Origin: Rhodocyclaceae bacterium
GTDB lineage: Bacteria; Pseudomonadota; Gammaproteobacteria; Burkholderiales; Rhodocyclaceae
Assembly: GCA_049295655.1 (NCBI GenBank)
Contig: JBAQRB010000024.1
Coordinates: 554-64,553 of the forward strand
Direction: 5' to 3'
Length of the DNA: 64,000 nt
Part shown: piece by piece, positions 19,595 through 28,006 of the stretch
Position numbering within the stretch: the stretch's first letter is position 1
Layout: every line of letters starts with the position of its first letter
Notes under the pieces: generated by a model
What the model was told of the DNA's origin: nothing
The model's input: the letters and a program-made list of their open reading frames with translations, nothing else
Databases searched by the model: none
Position numbers and translations under genes: made by a program

Positions 19595-20047
19595 CTATTC
19601 CTGCGGCTGCTCGCCCTCCGGCCAGTTGCGGATGTAATTCTTCAACATGCGGTTCTCGAAGCTCTGCTCTTCAAGAACCGCCTTGGCCACATCGAGGAAC
19701 GAGATGACGCCCATCAGCACCGCACCGTCCATGACCGGGATATAGCGCGAGTGGGTGTCGATCATCAAGCGGCGCAGATCGTCGACTTCCATGTCGGGCG
19801 GCACGGTCACCGGGTCGCGTACCATGAAGGCATCGACCGTCACCGAGTTGTTCTTGTGCTGATCGACCGCCTTGATGACCTCGCGGAACGTAAGCATGCC
19901 GAGCATCTTGCCGCCACCCATGACGACCAGAGAGCCGACATCGTGCTCCGCCATTGCGGCCACGGCATCGCTCAGCAACTGTTGCGGCATGGCTGTAAAC
20001 AGCGTCGATCCCTTGACGCGCAAAATTTCCCGCACTTGCATTCTCAT
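19595..20047 (-). CDS. CBS domain pair protein
   Basis: 150 aa with two CBS-like repeats (VGSLVVM..; IPVMDGAVLMGVISFLDV). Confidence 0.8.
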   Translation of the reverse strand: MRMQVREILRVKGSTLFTAMPQQLLSDAVAAMAEHDVGSLVVMGGGKMLGMLTFREVIKAVDQHKNNSVTVDAFMVRDPVTVPPDMEVDDLRRLMIDTHSRYIPVMDGAVLMGVISFLDVAKAVLEEQSFENRMLKNYIRNWPEGEQPQE

Positions 20048-20295
20048 CCCCTCGGTTTGTACATCCAGCCTGAACGGGCCGGAATTCCACCATCAGATGT
20101 TATTCGATCTGGCTGCTTTCGGAAAGCATTCGTGCAGTCGCTCGCCGTACGCTCAGCGCACCATTCCCCGGCAAATGTCGCCGGATAGCAAAAAACGGAA
20201 GTAAACACGGGGTTTTTTACAAGCAAAAACCCGCCCGCTTCAGTTTGCCATTAAAATCCCGCGCAGCCGATTCTGAAAAAATTGAGGCACATAAT

Positions 20296-20988
20296 ATGGC
20301 GCAGGAAGATATCAGCTTTACCGATTTCATCGCATCATCGATTCATGACATGAAGAACTCGCTGAACATGCAGGTCAGCGCGCTGGAAAAAATTGCCGTT
20401 CAATGCCGGCAACAGGGTGATGCCCCGACCTTTGAAAGCCTTGGCCTGGTCATCTACCAGGCCAACCGGATGAATTCGAACCTGATTCAACTGCTCAGCC
20501 TCTACAAACTCGGCAAATCGATCTATCCGGTCGATATTGCAGAGCAATCCATCGCCGACCTGATCGAGGAAGCGCTGCTGCAAAACAAGTCGATCACCGA
20601 ATTCAAAGGAATATCGGTTTCGGTCGACTGCGATGCAAGTCTCTACTGGTACTTTGACCGGGACCTGCTGACCGGCGTTTTGATCAATGCCTTGAACAAC
20701 GCGTATAACTATACATCCGACAAAATCCGGGTTGCCGTCGGCATCGACGATGGCTATCTCGAACTTCGCGTCGAGGACAACGGCCAGGGCTACCCGGAAC
20801 ACATGCTGCTGAATGACGCGATTCTGGCGGACAAGGGCATCAGTTTCTCAAGCGGCAGCACCGGGCTTGGCTTCTACTTTTCCTCCCGGGTAGCGAAAAT
20901 GCACAAAAATGGCAACCGCCAAGGCTCTCTGACCATCGAAAATGGCGGCGCCTTTGGCGGTGGATGTTTCGTGCTCAGACTTCCATAG
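20296..20988 (+). CDS. cytoplasmic sensor-less histidine kinase
   Basis: H-box FIASSIHDMKNSLN, N-box LINALNNAYNY and G-boxes DNGQGYP..GSTGLGF. No TM or sensor domain. ATG 20296 is preferred over TTG 20245. The region is visibly AT-richer than its flanks. Confidence 0.8.
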   Translation: MAQEDISFTDFIASSIHDMKNSLNMQVSALEKIAVQCRQQGDAPTFESLGLVIYQANRMNSNLIQLLSLYKLGKSIYPVDIAEQSIADLIEEALLQNKSITEFKGISVSVDCDASLYWYFDRDLLTGVLINALNNAYNYTSDKIRVAVGIDDGYLELRVEDNGQGYPEHMLLNDAILADKGISFSSGSTGLGFYFSSRVAKMHKNGNRQGSLTIENGGAFGGGCFVLRLP

Positions 20989-21012
20989 CACGCTGGACGA
21001 AAGATACAGACG

Positions 21013-22626
21013 ATGACGCCTCACTTACAAGAAGCCAACATATTGATCATCGACGACTTCCAGGGCATGCGCACCATGCTCAGGAATTTCGTCAAAGCCA
21101 TGGGAGTCACCAAGGTCGACACCGCGGGTACCGGCAAGGAAGCCATGACCCAGCTGCGGGCCACCAAGTACGACATCGTGATTTGCGATTACAACCTCGG
21201 GGCCGGCCAGAACGGGCAGCAGATCCTGGAAGAGTCGAAACTGCGCAACTATATTGGCGTATCGACGATCTGGATGATGGTCACTGCGGAAAAGACCTCC
21301 GACATGGTCATGGGTGCCGCCGAAGTCAAACCCGACGACTATCTGCTCAAGCCGATCAACCAGGGCCTGCTGGAAAGCCGGCTGGAAAAGCTGATCGCCA
21401 AGAAGCAGTCTCTGAGCGGCATCGAAGCGGCGATCAGTGCGCAGAACTACCCTGCCGCCATTGTCCAGTGTGACCAGCAGCTAAGATCGAAGCCTTTGAA
21501 TCCGCAGGAAATCATGCGCATCAAGAGCGATCTGCTGTTGACCATCGGCGAGCACGAGGCCGCCAAAACGCTGTTCGAGGGAATTCTCGCCGTCCGCAGC
21601 ATTCCCTGGGCCAGAACAGGTCTGGGCAAGATCCATTTTCACGCCGGAGAACATCTGGCGGCAAAAAAAATCTTCGAGCAGGTCCTCGACGAGAACGGCA
21701 TGTACATGGAGGCCTCCGACTGGCTGGCAAAAACGCTGGCGATACTCGGTGAACACGAACGCGCCCAGGAAGTGCTGGTCGACGCCGTGAAGCGCTCGCC
21801 CAACTCGCCGACACGACAGAAACTTCTCGGCGATACGGCGCTCAAGAACGGGGCACTGGACGTCGCGCAGACCGCCTTTGAAAGAACGATCAAGATCAGC
21901 GAGTTTTCGCCGCACAAGAACCCGGCGGTGTACGCGGGACTGGCCAAGGTCTTTTCCGAAAAGGACTTGCCCGAGGAAGCCCTGAAAATCCTCGAGCGCA
22001 GCAAGGGGGATTTCAAGGACAACCCGGAGGCCGCGATACAGACCGCCGCCGCCGAAAGCGTCGTCTATAGCAAGATCGGCCAGACGGCCAAAGCCGAAGC
22101 GGCAATGGCCTCGGCCGAGCGCCTGATGGAATCACTGCCGAGCAAGGCGAGCGCCGAACTGACGATGGAAATAGCGACGTCGCTACTCAAGCTTGGAAAA
22201 AAAGACAAGGCTTGCGCCCTGCTGCGCGATGTGGTCAAAAACAACCATGAAAATACCGAAATATCGAGCCAGATCCAGGCGGTTTTCGATAACGAGCAGC
22301 TCGGCGAGGAAGGACTGACGCTCGTCAAGGAATCCCGTGAGGAAGTCGTCAACATCAACAACCAGGGCGTCATGCTGGCCAAGCAGGGCGAATTCCAGGA
22401 AGCGGCCAAGCTGCTGCGAAAGGCCGTCGAAAACCTGCCGAACAACGAAGTGATCATCATGAACCTGTGCGGCCTGCTGATCGGCTTGATGAAGCGGGAA
22501 GGGAAAAATGATGCGCTGGTGCTCGAAGCCAAAGGCCTGCTCGACCGGGTCCACGACTTGAACCCGGCCAACAAGAAATTTCATGAGTACGCAGCCGCGC
22601 TGGGCCGGATTGCGCAAGGAAAATAG
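21013..22626 (+). CDS. response regulator (REC) fused to TPR-repeat domain
   Basis: REC (ILIIDDFQGMRTML..IVICDYNLGAGQNG..LLKP) followed by ~400 aa of TPR-like helical repeats. Confidence 0.85.
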   Translation: MTPHLQEANILIIDDFQGMRTMLRNFVKAMGVTKVDTAGTGKEAMTQLRATKYDIVICDYNLGAGQNGQQILEESKLRNYIGVSTIWMMVTAEKTSDMVMGAAEVKPDDYLLKPINQGLLESRLEKLIAKKQSLSGIEAAISAQNYPAAIVQCDQQLRSKPLNPQEIMRIKSDLLLTIGEHEAAKTLFEGILAVRSIPWARTGLGKIHFHAGEHLAAKKIFEQVLDENGMYMEASDWLAKTLAILGEHERAQEVLVDAVKRSPNSPTRQKLLGDTALKNGALDVAQTAFERTIKISEFSPHKNPAVYAGLAKVFSEKDLPEEALKILERSKGDFKDNPEAAIQTAAAESVVYSKIGQTAKAEAAMASAERLMESLPSKASAELTMEIATSLLKLGKKDKACALLRDVVKNNHENTEISSQIQAVFDNEQLGEEGLTLVKESREEVVNINNQGVMLAKQGEFQEAAKLLRKAVENLPNNEVIIMNLCGLLIGLMKREGKNDALVLEAKGLLDRVHDLNPANKKFHEYAAALGRIAQGK

Positions 22627-22631
22627 CGTAC

Positions 22632-22673
22632 GGACAGACGGCGAGACGTTGCGCAATGCCTCGCTGTCTGTTC
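22632..22673 (+). terminator. stem-loop immediately after the REC-TPR stop (possible terminator)
   Basis: GGACAGACGGCGAG (22632-22645) pairs with CTCGCTGTCTGTTC (22660-22673). That gives 14 bp, including 2 G-U pairs possible only in plus-strand RNA. It is followed by an A-run, not a U-run, so it is atypical. Confidence 0.3.
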
Positions 22674-22829
22674 GCAAAAAAATCCGGCAGTGACCGACAC
22701 CGGCATGATGCGCTCCCTGGTCCCGGCTGCGCACCGCAAGCAATGCCCGGTCAAAGGTCGCTATACTGATAGCCACTGGCCGGCTCCGTTGCTCCATCTC
22801 ACCGCAGCTCGCGCGACAACCAATCGACA

Positions 22830-25163
22830 ATGACCAACCCCGTTCACTCCTCCGTGCCTGCCGCCCCTGCCCCAACGGTCACCTTGCCGCAGTCAACGCA
22901 GGCGCTACCTGCGGCTTGGGCAATGCCCGTCACGGCGCAACTCGCCGAGGATGAAAAAATCCTGGCCTGGCTGGAAACCGACCTTGACCTGCAACTGCAG
23001 TTTTCCGCCGCGCTGGTCGTTCTCACCAACCGGCGGCTGCTCGCCGGTTCGGCAGAAAGCAAGGCGTGGCAGGAGTGGACGTACCAGCCGGGTCTGACGC
23101 TGCAGCGGCACGACCATTGCGGCGTCGGCAGCCTCGAGTTGTTCGATGCCAGTGAACGCCTTGCGTTGTGGCGCTACACGCTGGGCAACGACATTGCCGC
23201 CGGCCGCCTGAGCGAGCAGTTCACGCAGCAGCTGACCTATCGACTCACCGGGCAACTACCGCCCGCCCCGGCGCAGACGCTGTGCCCGAACTGCGAGACG
23301 CCGCTGCTCGCCGGCCAGGAAGAATGCCCGGTGTGCAGCAAGGAAATCCACACGCCGCCGTCGACCTGGACACTCTTCCGCCTGTGGCGCTTCGCCCACC
23401 CCTACCGCTGGCGCCTGCTGGCCGGTTTCGTCCTGTCGCTGATCTCGACGGCGGCGACGCTGGTACCGCCGTACCTGACCATGCCGCTGATGGACAAGGT
23501 GCTGATTCCGTACCAGAACGGCAAGCCAATCGATACCGGCCTCGTCACGCTCTATCTCTCCGGCCTGCTCGGCGCCGCAGTCGTCGCCTGGGTTCTCGGC
23601 TGGGCACGCACTTACCTGCTGGCGCTGGTTTCCGAGCGCATCGGCGCCGATCTGCGCACGACGACCTACGAGCACCTGCTGAAGCTCTCGCAGGAATACT
23701 TCGGCGGCAAGCGCACCGGCGACCTGATGGCACGCATCGGTTCGGAAACCGACCGCATCAACATCTTCATCTCGCTGCATTTTCTCGACTTCGTCACCGA
23801 CGTGCTGATGATCGTCATGACCACGGTGATCCTCGTTTCGATCAACCCGTGGCTGGCGCTCGTCACGCTCTTGCCGCTGCCGATCATCGCCTGGCTGATC
23901 CACACCGTCCGTGAAAAGCTGCGCACCGGCTTCGAGCGCGTCGACCGCATCTGGGCCGAGGTGACCAACGTGCTCGCCGACACCATTCCCGGCATCCGCG
24001 TGGTCAAGGCCTTTGCCCAGGAAAAACGCGAGGCGGCACGCTTCCGCGCGGCCAACGACCACAACCTCGAAGTCAATGACCGGGTGAACAAGGTCTGGTC
24101 GCTGTTCACGCCGAGCGTCACGCTGCTCACCGAAATCGGCCTGCTGGTCGTCTGGGCGTTCGGTATCTGGCAGGTATCGCGCGACCAGATCACGGTCGGC
24201 GTGCTCACTGCCTTCCTCGCCTACATCAGCCGCTTCTACCTGCGCCTCGATTCGATGAGCCGCATCGTCTCGGTGACGCAGAAAGCCGCCGCCGGCGCCA
24301 AGCGCATCTTCGACATTCTCGACCACGTCTCGAGCGTCCCCGAGCCGGCTAACCCGGTGCACCTGCCGGCCGTCACCGGCGCCATCGAGCTGCGCAACGT
24401 CGGCTTCCGCTACGGCACGCGCAGCGTGACGCGCGACATCAGCATCAAGATCGAACCGGGCGAGATGATCGGCCTCGTCGGCCACTCGGGCTCGGGCAAG
24501 AGCACGATGGTCAACCTGATCTGCCGCTTCTACGACGTCACCGAAGGCGCGATCCTGATCGACGGCGTCGACATCCGCGCGCTGCCGGTCGCCGAATACC
24601 GCAAGCACATCGGCCTCGTATTGCAGGAGCCTTTCCTGTTTTTCGGAACGATCGCCGAAAACATCGCCTACGGCAAGCCCGAGGCGACGCGCGCCGAAAT
24701 CGTCGCCGCAGCCCGTGCCGCGCATGCGCACGAATTCATCCTGCGCCTGCCGTTCGGCTACGACTCGCTGGTCGTCGAGCGCGGCCAGGCGCTGTCGGGT
24801 GGCGAGCGGCAGCGCATCTCGATTGCTCGCGCGCTGCTGATCGACCCGAAGATACTGATCCTCGACGAAGCCACCTCGTCGGTCGACACGACGACCGAGA
24901 AGGAAATCCAGAAGGCACTCGACAACCTGGTGCGCGGCCGGACGACGATCGCCATTGCGCACCGCCTGTCTACGCTGCGCGAAGCCAACCGCCTGGTCGT
25001 CCTCGACCGCGGCAGCGTCGTCGAAGTGGGCAACCACGACGAACTGATGGCGCGCGAAGGCCACTACTTCAGCCTCTATCAGGCGCAGGCGCGCAACGTC
25101 GATAACGAAGACGAATTGCGCCGACTCGATACCGCCCCCCGCACCGATGGAGACCGCGAATGA
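22830..25163 (+). CDS. ABC exporter (fused TMD-NBD) with ~190-aa N-terminal extension; cyanophycin-cluster associated
   Basis: Walker A GHSGSGKST, signature LSGGERQR, Walker B ILILDEATS and a 6-TM exporter domain. The N-terminal extension carries CPNC..(x12)..CPVC. The stop overlaps the next gene (ATGA). Confidence 0.9.
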   Translation: MTNPVHSSVPAAPAPTVTLPQSTQALPAAWAMPVTAQLAEDEKILAWLETDLDLQLQFSAALVVLTNRRLLAGSAESKAWQEWTYQPGLTLQRHDHCGVGSLELFDASERLALWRYTLGNDIAAGRLSEQFTQQLTYRLTGQLPPAPAQTLCPNCETPLLAGQEECPVCSKEIHTPPSTWTLFRLWRFAHPYRWRLLAGFVLSLISTAATLVPPYLTMPLMDKVLIPYQNGKPIDTGLVTLYLSGLLGAAVVAWVLGWARTYLLALVSERIGADLRTTTYEHLLKLSQEYFGGKRTGDLMARIGSETDRINIFISLHFLDFVTDVLMIVMTTVILVSINPWLALVTLLPLPIIAWLIHTVREKLRTGFERVDRIWAEVTNVLADTIPGIRVVKAFAQEKREAARFRAANDHNLEVNDRVNKVWSLFTPSVTLLTEIGLLVVWAFGIWQVSRDQITVGVLTAFLAYISRFYLRLDSMSRIVSVTQKAAAGAKRIFDILDHVSSVPEPANPVHLPAVTGAIELRNVGFRYGTRSVTRDISIKIEPGEMIGLVGHSGSGKSTMVNLICRFYDVTEGAILIDGVDIRALPVAEYRKHIGLVLQEPFLFFGTIAENIAYGKPEATRAEIVAAARAAHAHEFILRLPFGYDSLVVERGQALSGGERQRISIARALLIDPKILILDEATSSVDTTTEKEIQKALDNLVRGRTTIAIAHRLSTLREANRLVVLDRGSVVEVGNHDELMAREGHYFSLYQAQARNVDNEDELRRLDTAPRTDGDRE

Positions 25164-25633
25164 GCCACACGCCGGACTATCAATTGAGCAAAAACACCTT
25201 CGGGCGACTGGTTTTTACCGGGGAAGACGGTATTGCGCAGGAAGGCGTTGTTCCAGTACGCGCCTTCCCGATCGCCGCCGCCGATCAGGGCATCGCACTG
25301 GTCGATCCGCATGGCCACGAACTGGCGTGGATCGAACGCTTGGCCGACCTGCCCGATGACCGGCGGGCACTCGTCGAAGCCGAACTGGCAAGCCGCGAGT
25401 TCATGCCCGAAATCCTGCGCATCATCAGCGTTTCAAGTTTTGCCACGCCGAGTACCTGGCGCGTCGAGACCAGCCACGGCGAAACCAGCTTCGTGCTCAA
25501 GGGAGAGGAAGACATCCGCCGCCTGGCTTCACCGGCCCTACTGATCGCCGACAGCCACGGCATCCACTTCCTGATCCGCGACCGCTATCTCCTCAATGCG
25601 CACAGCCGGAAAATCCTCGACCGTTTCCTGTAG
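25160..25633 (+). CDS. DUF1854-like protein (cyanophycin-cluster associated)
   Basis: 157 aa, translationally coupled to the ABC gene (ATGA at 25160-25163). I recall this pairing upstream of proteobacterial cphA genes; the family call is from memory. Confidence 0.65.
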   Translation: MSHTPDYQLSKNTFGRLVFTGEDGIAQEGVVPVRAFPIAAADQGIALVDPHGHELAWIERLADLPDDRRALVEAELASREFMPEILRIISVSSFATPSTWRVETSHGETSFVLKGEEDIRRLASPALLIADSHGIHFLIRDRYLLNAHSRKILDRFL

Positions 25634-25763
25634 AAATCCTGCTTAATTATTTCACCCGGCGGTAGTCGGATTGGCGCGAGCGGCGTTAATCTGATACCCA
25701 AGCATATAACTCCGATTCTGTTCCATGCCGGCCTGACTCCGGCAAACTGCAAAAGCTGATGAA

Positions 25764-27917
25764 ATGAAAAAGAAAGACATCAAGTTTCTCGAAATCCGTC
25801 ACCTGAACGGACCGAACATCTGGACTTATCGCCCGGTTCTCGAGGCGATTGTCGACATCGGGGAACTTGAGGATTCCCCGTCCAACACCATCCCGGGCTT
25901 CTACGAGCGCCTGCGCGCCTGGTTGCCTTCGCTGATCGAACACCGCTGCAGCTACGAGGAGCGTGGCGGCTTCCTGCGCCGGGTCGAGGAAGGCACGTGG
26001 CCGGGGCACATTCTCGAACACGTCACGCTTGAGCTGCAAAATCTGGCCGGCATGCCCGGCGGCTTCGGCAAGGCGCGCGAGACGCCGATCCGCGGCGTGT
26101 ACAAGGTGGTCGTCCGGGCCTGGCATGAAGAAGTGACACGCGCCGCGCTGTTCGCCGCCCGCGAGTTGATTCTGGCCGCGATGGACGACCTGCCCTACGA
26201 CGTTGAAGCGACGCTCGAAAACCTGCGCGACATGGGCGACTCGCTGTGCCTCGGTCCATCGACCGCCTGCATCGTCGATGCGGCCGACGACCGCGATATC
26301 CCGGCGATCCGCCTCCTGTCGAAAGCCAATCTGGTGCAGATCGGCTACGGGGCAAAAAGCCGCCGCATCTGGACGGCCGAGACCGACCGCACCAGCGCCA
26401 TTGCCGAAACCATCTCGCGCGACAAGGATCTGACTAAGTCATTGCTCCAGTCCTGCGGTGTGCCGGTTCCCGAGGGACGCATGGTCGATAGCCCGGAAGA
26501 TGCCTGGGAGGCCGCTGAAGATATCGGTCTGCCGGTCGTTGTCAAACCCTATGACGGCAATCATGGCCGCGGCGTCTTTATCGAACTGACCCGGCGCGAG
26601 GAAGTCGAGTCCGCCTACAGGATCGCGCTTGACGAAGGCAGCGGCGTGCTCGTCGAGCGCTGCATCCCAGGCACCGAACACCGTCTGCTGGTCGTTGGCG
26701 GTCGTCTCGTGGCGGCCAATCGCGGCGACATGGTATGGGTCAGCGGCGACGGAAAACAGACGATCAACGAACTGATTGCCAGCCAGATCAACTCGGACCC
26801 GCGTCGCGGCATGACCGAAGATCACCCGCTCAACGTCATTCGCATCGATTCTGCGGCCCGGATGGAAATTACCCGCCAGGGCTTCACGCCGGATTCGGTA
26901 CCGCCGGCCGGCCAGGACGTCCTGATCCAGCGCAACGGCAACCACGCCTTCGACGTCACCGACGAAGTGCATCCCACCATCGCCGCTGCCGCCTCGCTGG
27001 CCGCACGGATCGTCGGCCTCGACATCGCCGGCATCGACCTCGTTTGCGAGGACATTTCGCGTCCGCTCGCCGAACAGGGCGGCGCCATCGTCGAAGTCAA
27101 CGCCGGCCCCGGTCTGCTCATGCACATCAAGCCGGCCGTCGGCACACCGCGCCCGGTCGGCAGGGCGATCGTCGACCACCTCTTCCCGCAGGACAACGAC
27201 GGGCGGATTCCCGTCGTCGGCATCACCGGCAGCTACGGCAAGACGGCACTCGCGCGGATTGTTGCCCATCTGCTCGTACCCTCCGGAAAAACGACCGGCC
27301 TGGCCTGCAGCGACGGGCTTTTCCTCGATCGCCGCCAGGTGGAAAAAGGCGACTGTGCCAACTGGGGTGCCGCGCACCGGACGCTGAAAAACCGCTCGGC
27401 CGAAGCTGCCGTCTTCGAAAATGGCAGCGACACGATTCTCGGCGATGGCCTCGCCTACGACCGCTGCCAGGTCGGCGTGGTCACCAACGTCGACCCGCAA
27501 AAACACCTTGGCCGTTTTTATGTCGACGACCCGGACAAGGTCTTTTCCATCCTGCGCACGCAGATCGATGTCGTGCTGCCGTCCGGAGCCGCCGTGCTCA
27601 ATGCTGCCGACCCGCTATGCGTCGCGATGGCGCCGCTCTGCGACGGCGATGTCATCTACTTCGCAAGTGAAGGCGGCAGCGAAGTGCTGGCCGCACATCG
27701 TGCCGAAGGAAAACGGGCTGTCCTCATGCAGGACGGCAACATCATTCTTGCCACCGGCAGCGAACAATCCGTTCTGATGCCGTACGACGCCGCACCGCTG
27801 GCCAGCGGCCCAGCGCATCATGCCGATAACGTGCTGGCCGCCGTTGGCACCGCCTGGGCACTCGGGCTGACGCCGGAACTGATACGCACCGGGATTGAAA
27901 CCTTTACCCTCGCTTAG
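25764..27917 (+). CDS. cphA: cyanophycin synthetase paralogue, short form (N + ATP-grasp G domain + truncated/degenerate Mur-ligase M domain)
   Basis: 717 aa, collinear with the downstream cphA through the N and G domains. The M-domain P-loop is GSYGKT rather than GTNGKT. The protein ends where the Mur-ligase C-terminal domain should begin. Confidence 0.85.
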   Translation: MKKKDIKFLEIRHLNGPNIWTYRPVLEAIVDIGELEDSPSNTIPGFYERLRAWLPSLIEHRCSYEERGGFLRRVEEGTWPGHILEHVTLELQNLAGMPGGFGKARETPIRGVYKVVVRAWHEEVTRAALFAARELILAAMDDLPYDVEATLENLRDMGDSLCLGPSTACIVDAADDRDIPAIRLLSKANLVQIGYGAKSRRIWTAETDRTSAIAETISRDKDLTKSLLQSCGVPVPEGRMVDSPEDAWEAAEDIGLPVVVKPYDGNHGRGVFIELTRREEVESAYRIALDEGSGVLVERCIPGTEHRLLVVGGRLVAANRGDMVWVSGDGKQTINELIASQINSDPRRGMTEDHPLNVIRIDSAARMEITRQGFTPDSVPPAGQDVLIQRNGNHAFDVTDEVHPTIAAAASLAARIVGLDIAGIDLVCEDISRPLAEQGGAIVEVNAGPGLLMHIKPAVGTPRPVGRAIVDHLFPQDNDGRIPVVGITGSYGKTALARIVAHLLVPSGKTTGLACSDGLFLDRRQVEKGDCANWGAAHRTLKNRSAEAAVFENGSDTILGDGLAYDRCQVGVVTNVDPQKHLGRFYVDDPDKVFSILRTQIDVVLPSGAAVLNAADPLCVAMAPLCDGDVIYFASEGGSEVLAAHRAEGKRAVLMQDGNIILATGSEQSVLMPYDAAPLASGPAHHADNVLAAVGTAWALGLTPELIRTGIETFTLA

Positions 27918-28006
27918 GCAGGGCTGACCGCATCGTCCCGGGGAATAAAATTTCCGGAACGATGAAAACAATAAATGTCGCGACCAGCAACACGAGGAAA
28001 CTGTTC

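Noticed and set aside
23256-25064. 602-aa minus-strand ORF antisense to the ABC transporter gene. Similar very long antisense or out-of-frame ORFs occur at 245..1360(+), 1258..2331(-), 2022..2993(-), 7392..8702(+), 8519..9973(-), 26439..27506(-), 27914..29011(-), 29135..30664(-), 32613..34148(+), 36721..37959(+), 46014..47987(+), 57146..58237(+) and 61454..63010(+).
   Set aside because: These are shadow ORFs typical of GC-rich DNA. They are Arg/Ala/Gly/Pro-rich low-complexity translations with no recognisable motifs. Each fully overlaps a CDS on the other strand or frame that has clear family signatures and proper third-position GC bias.
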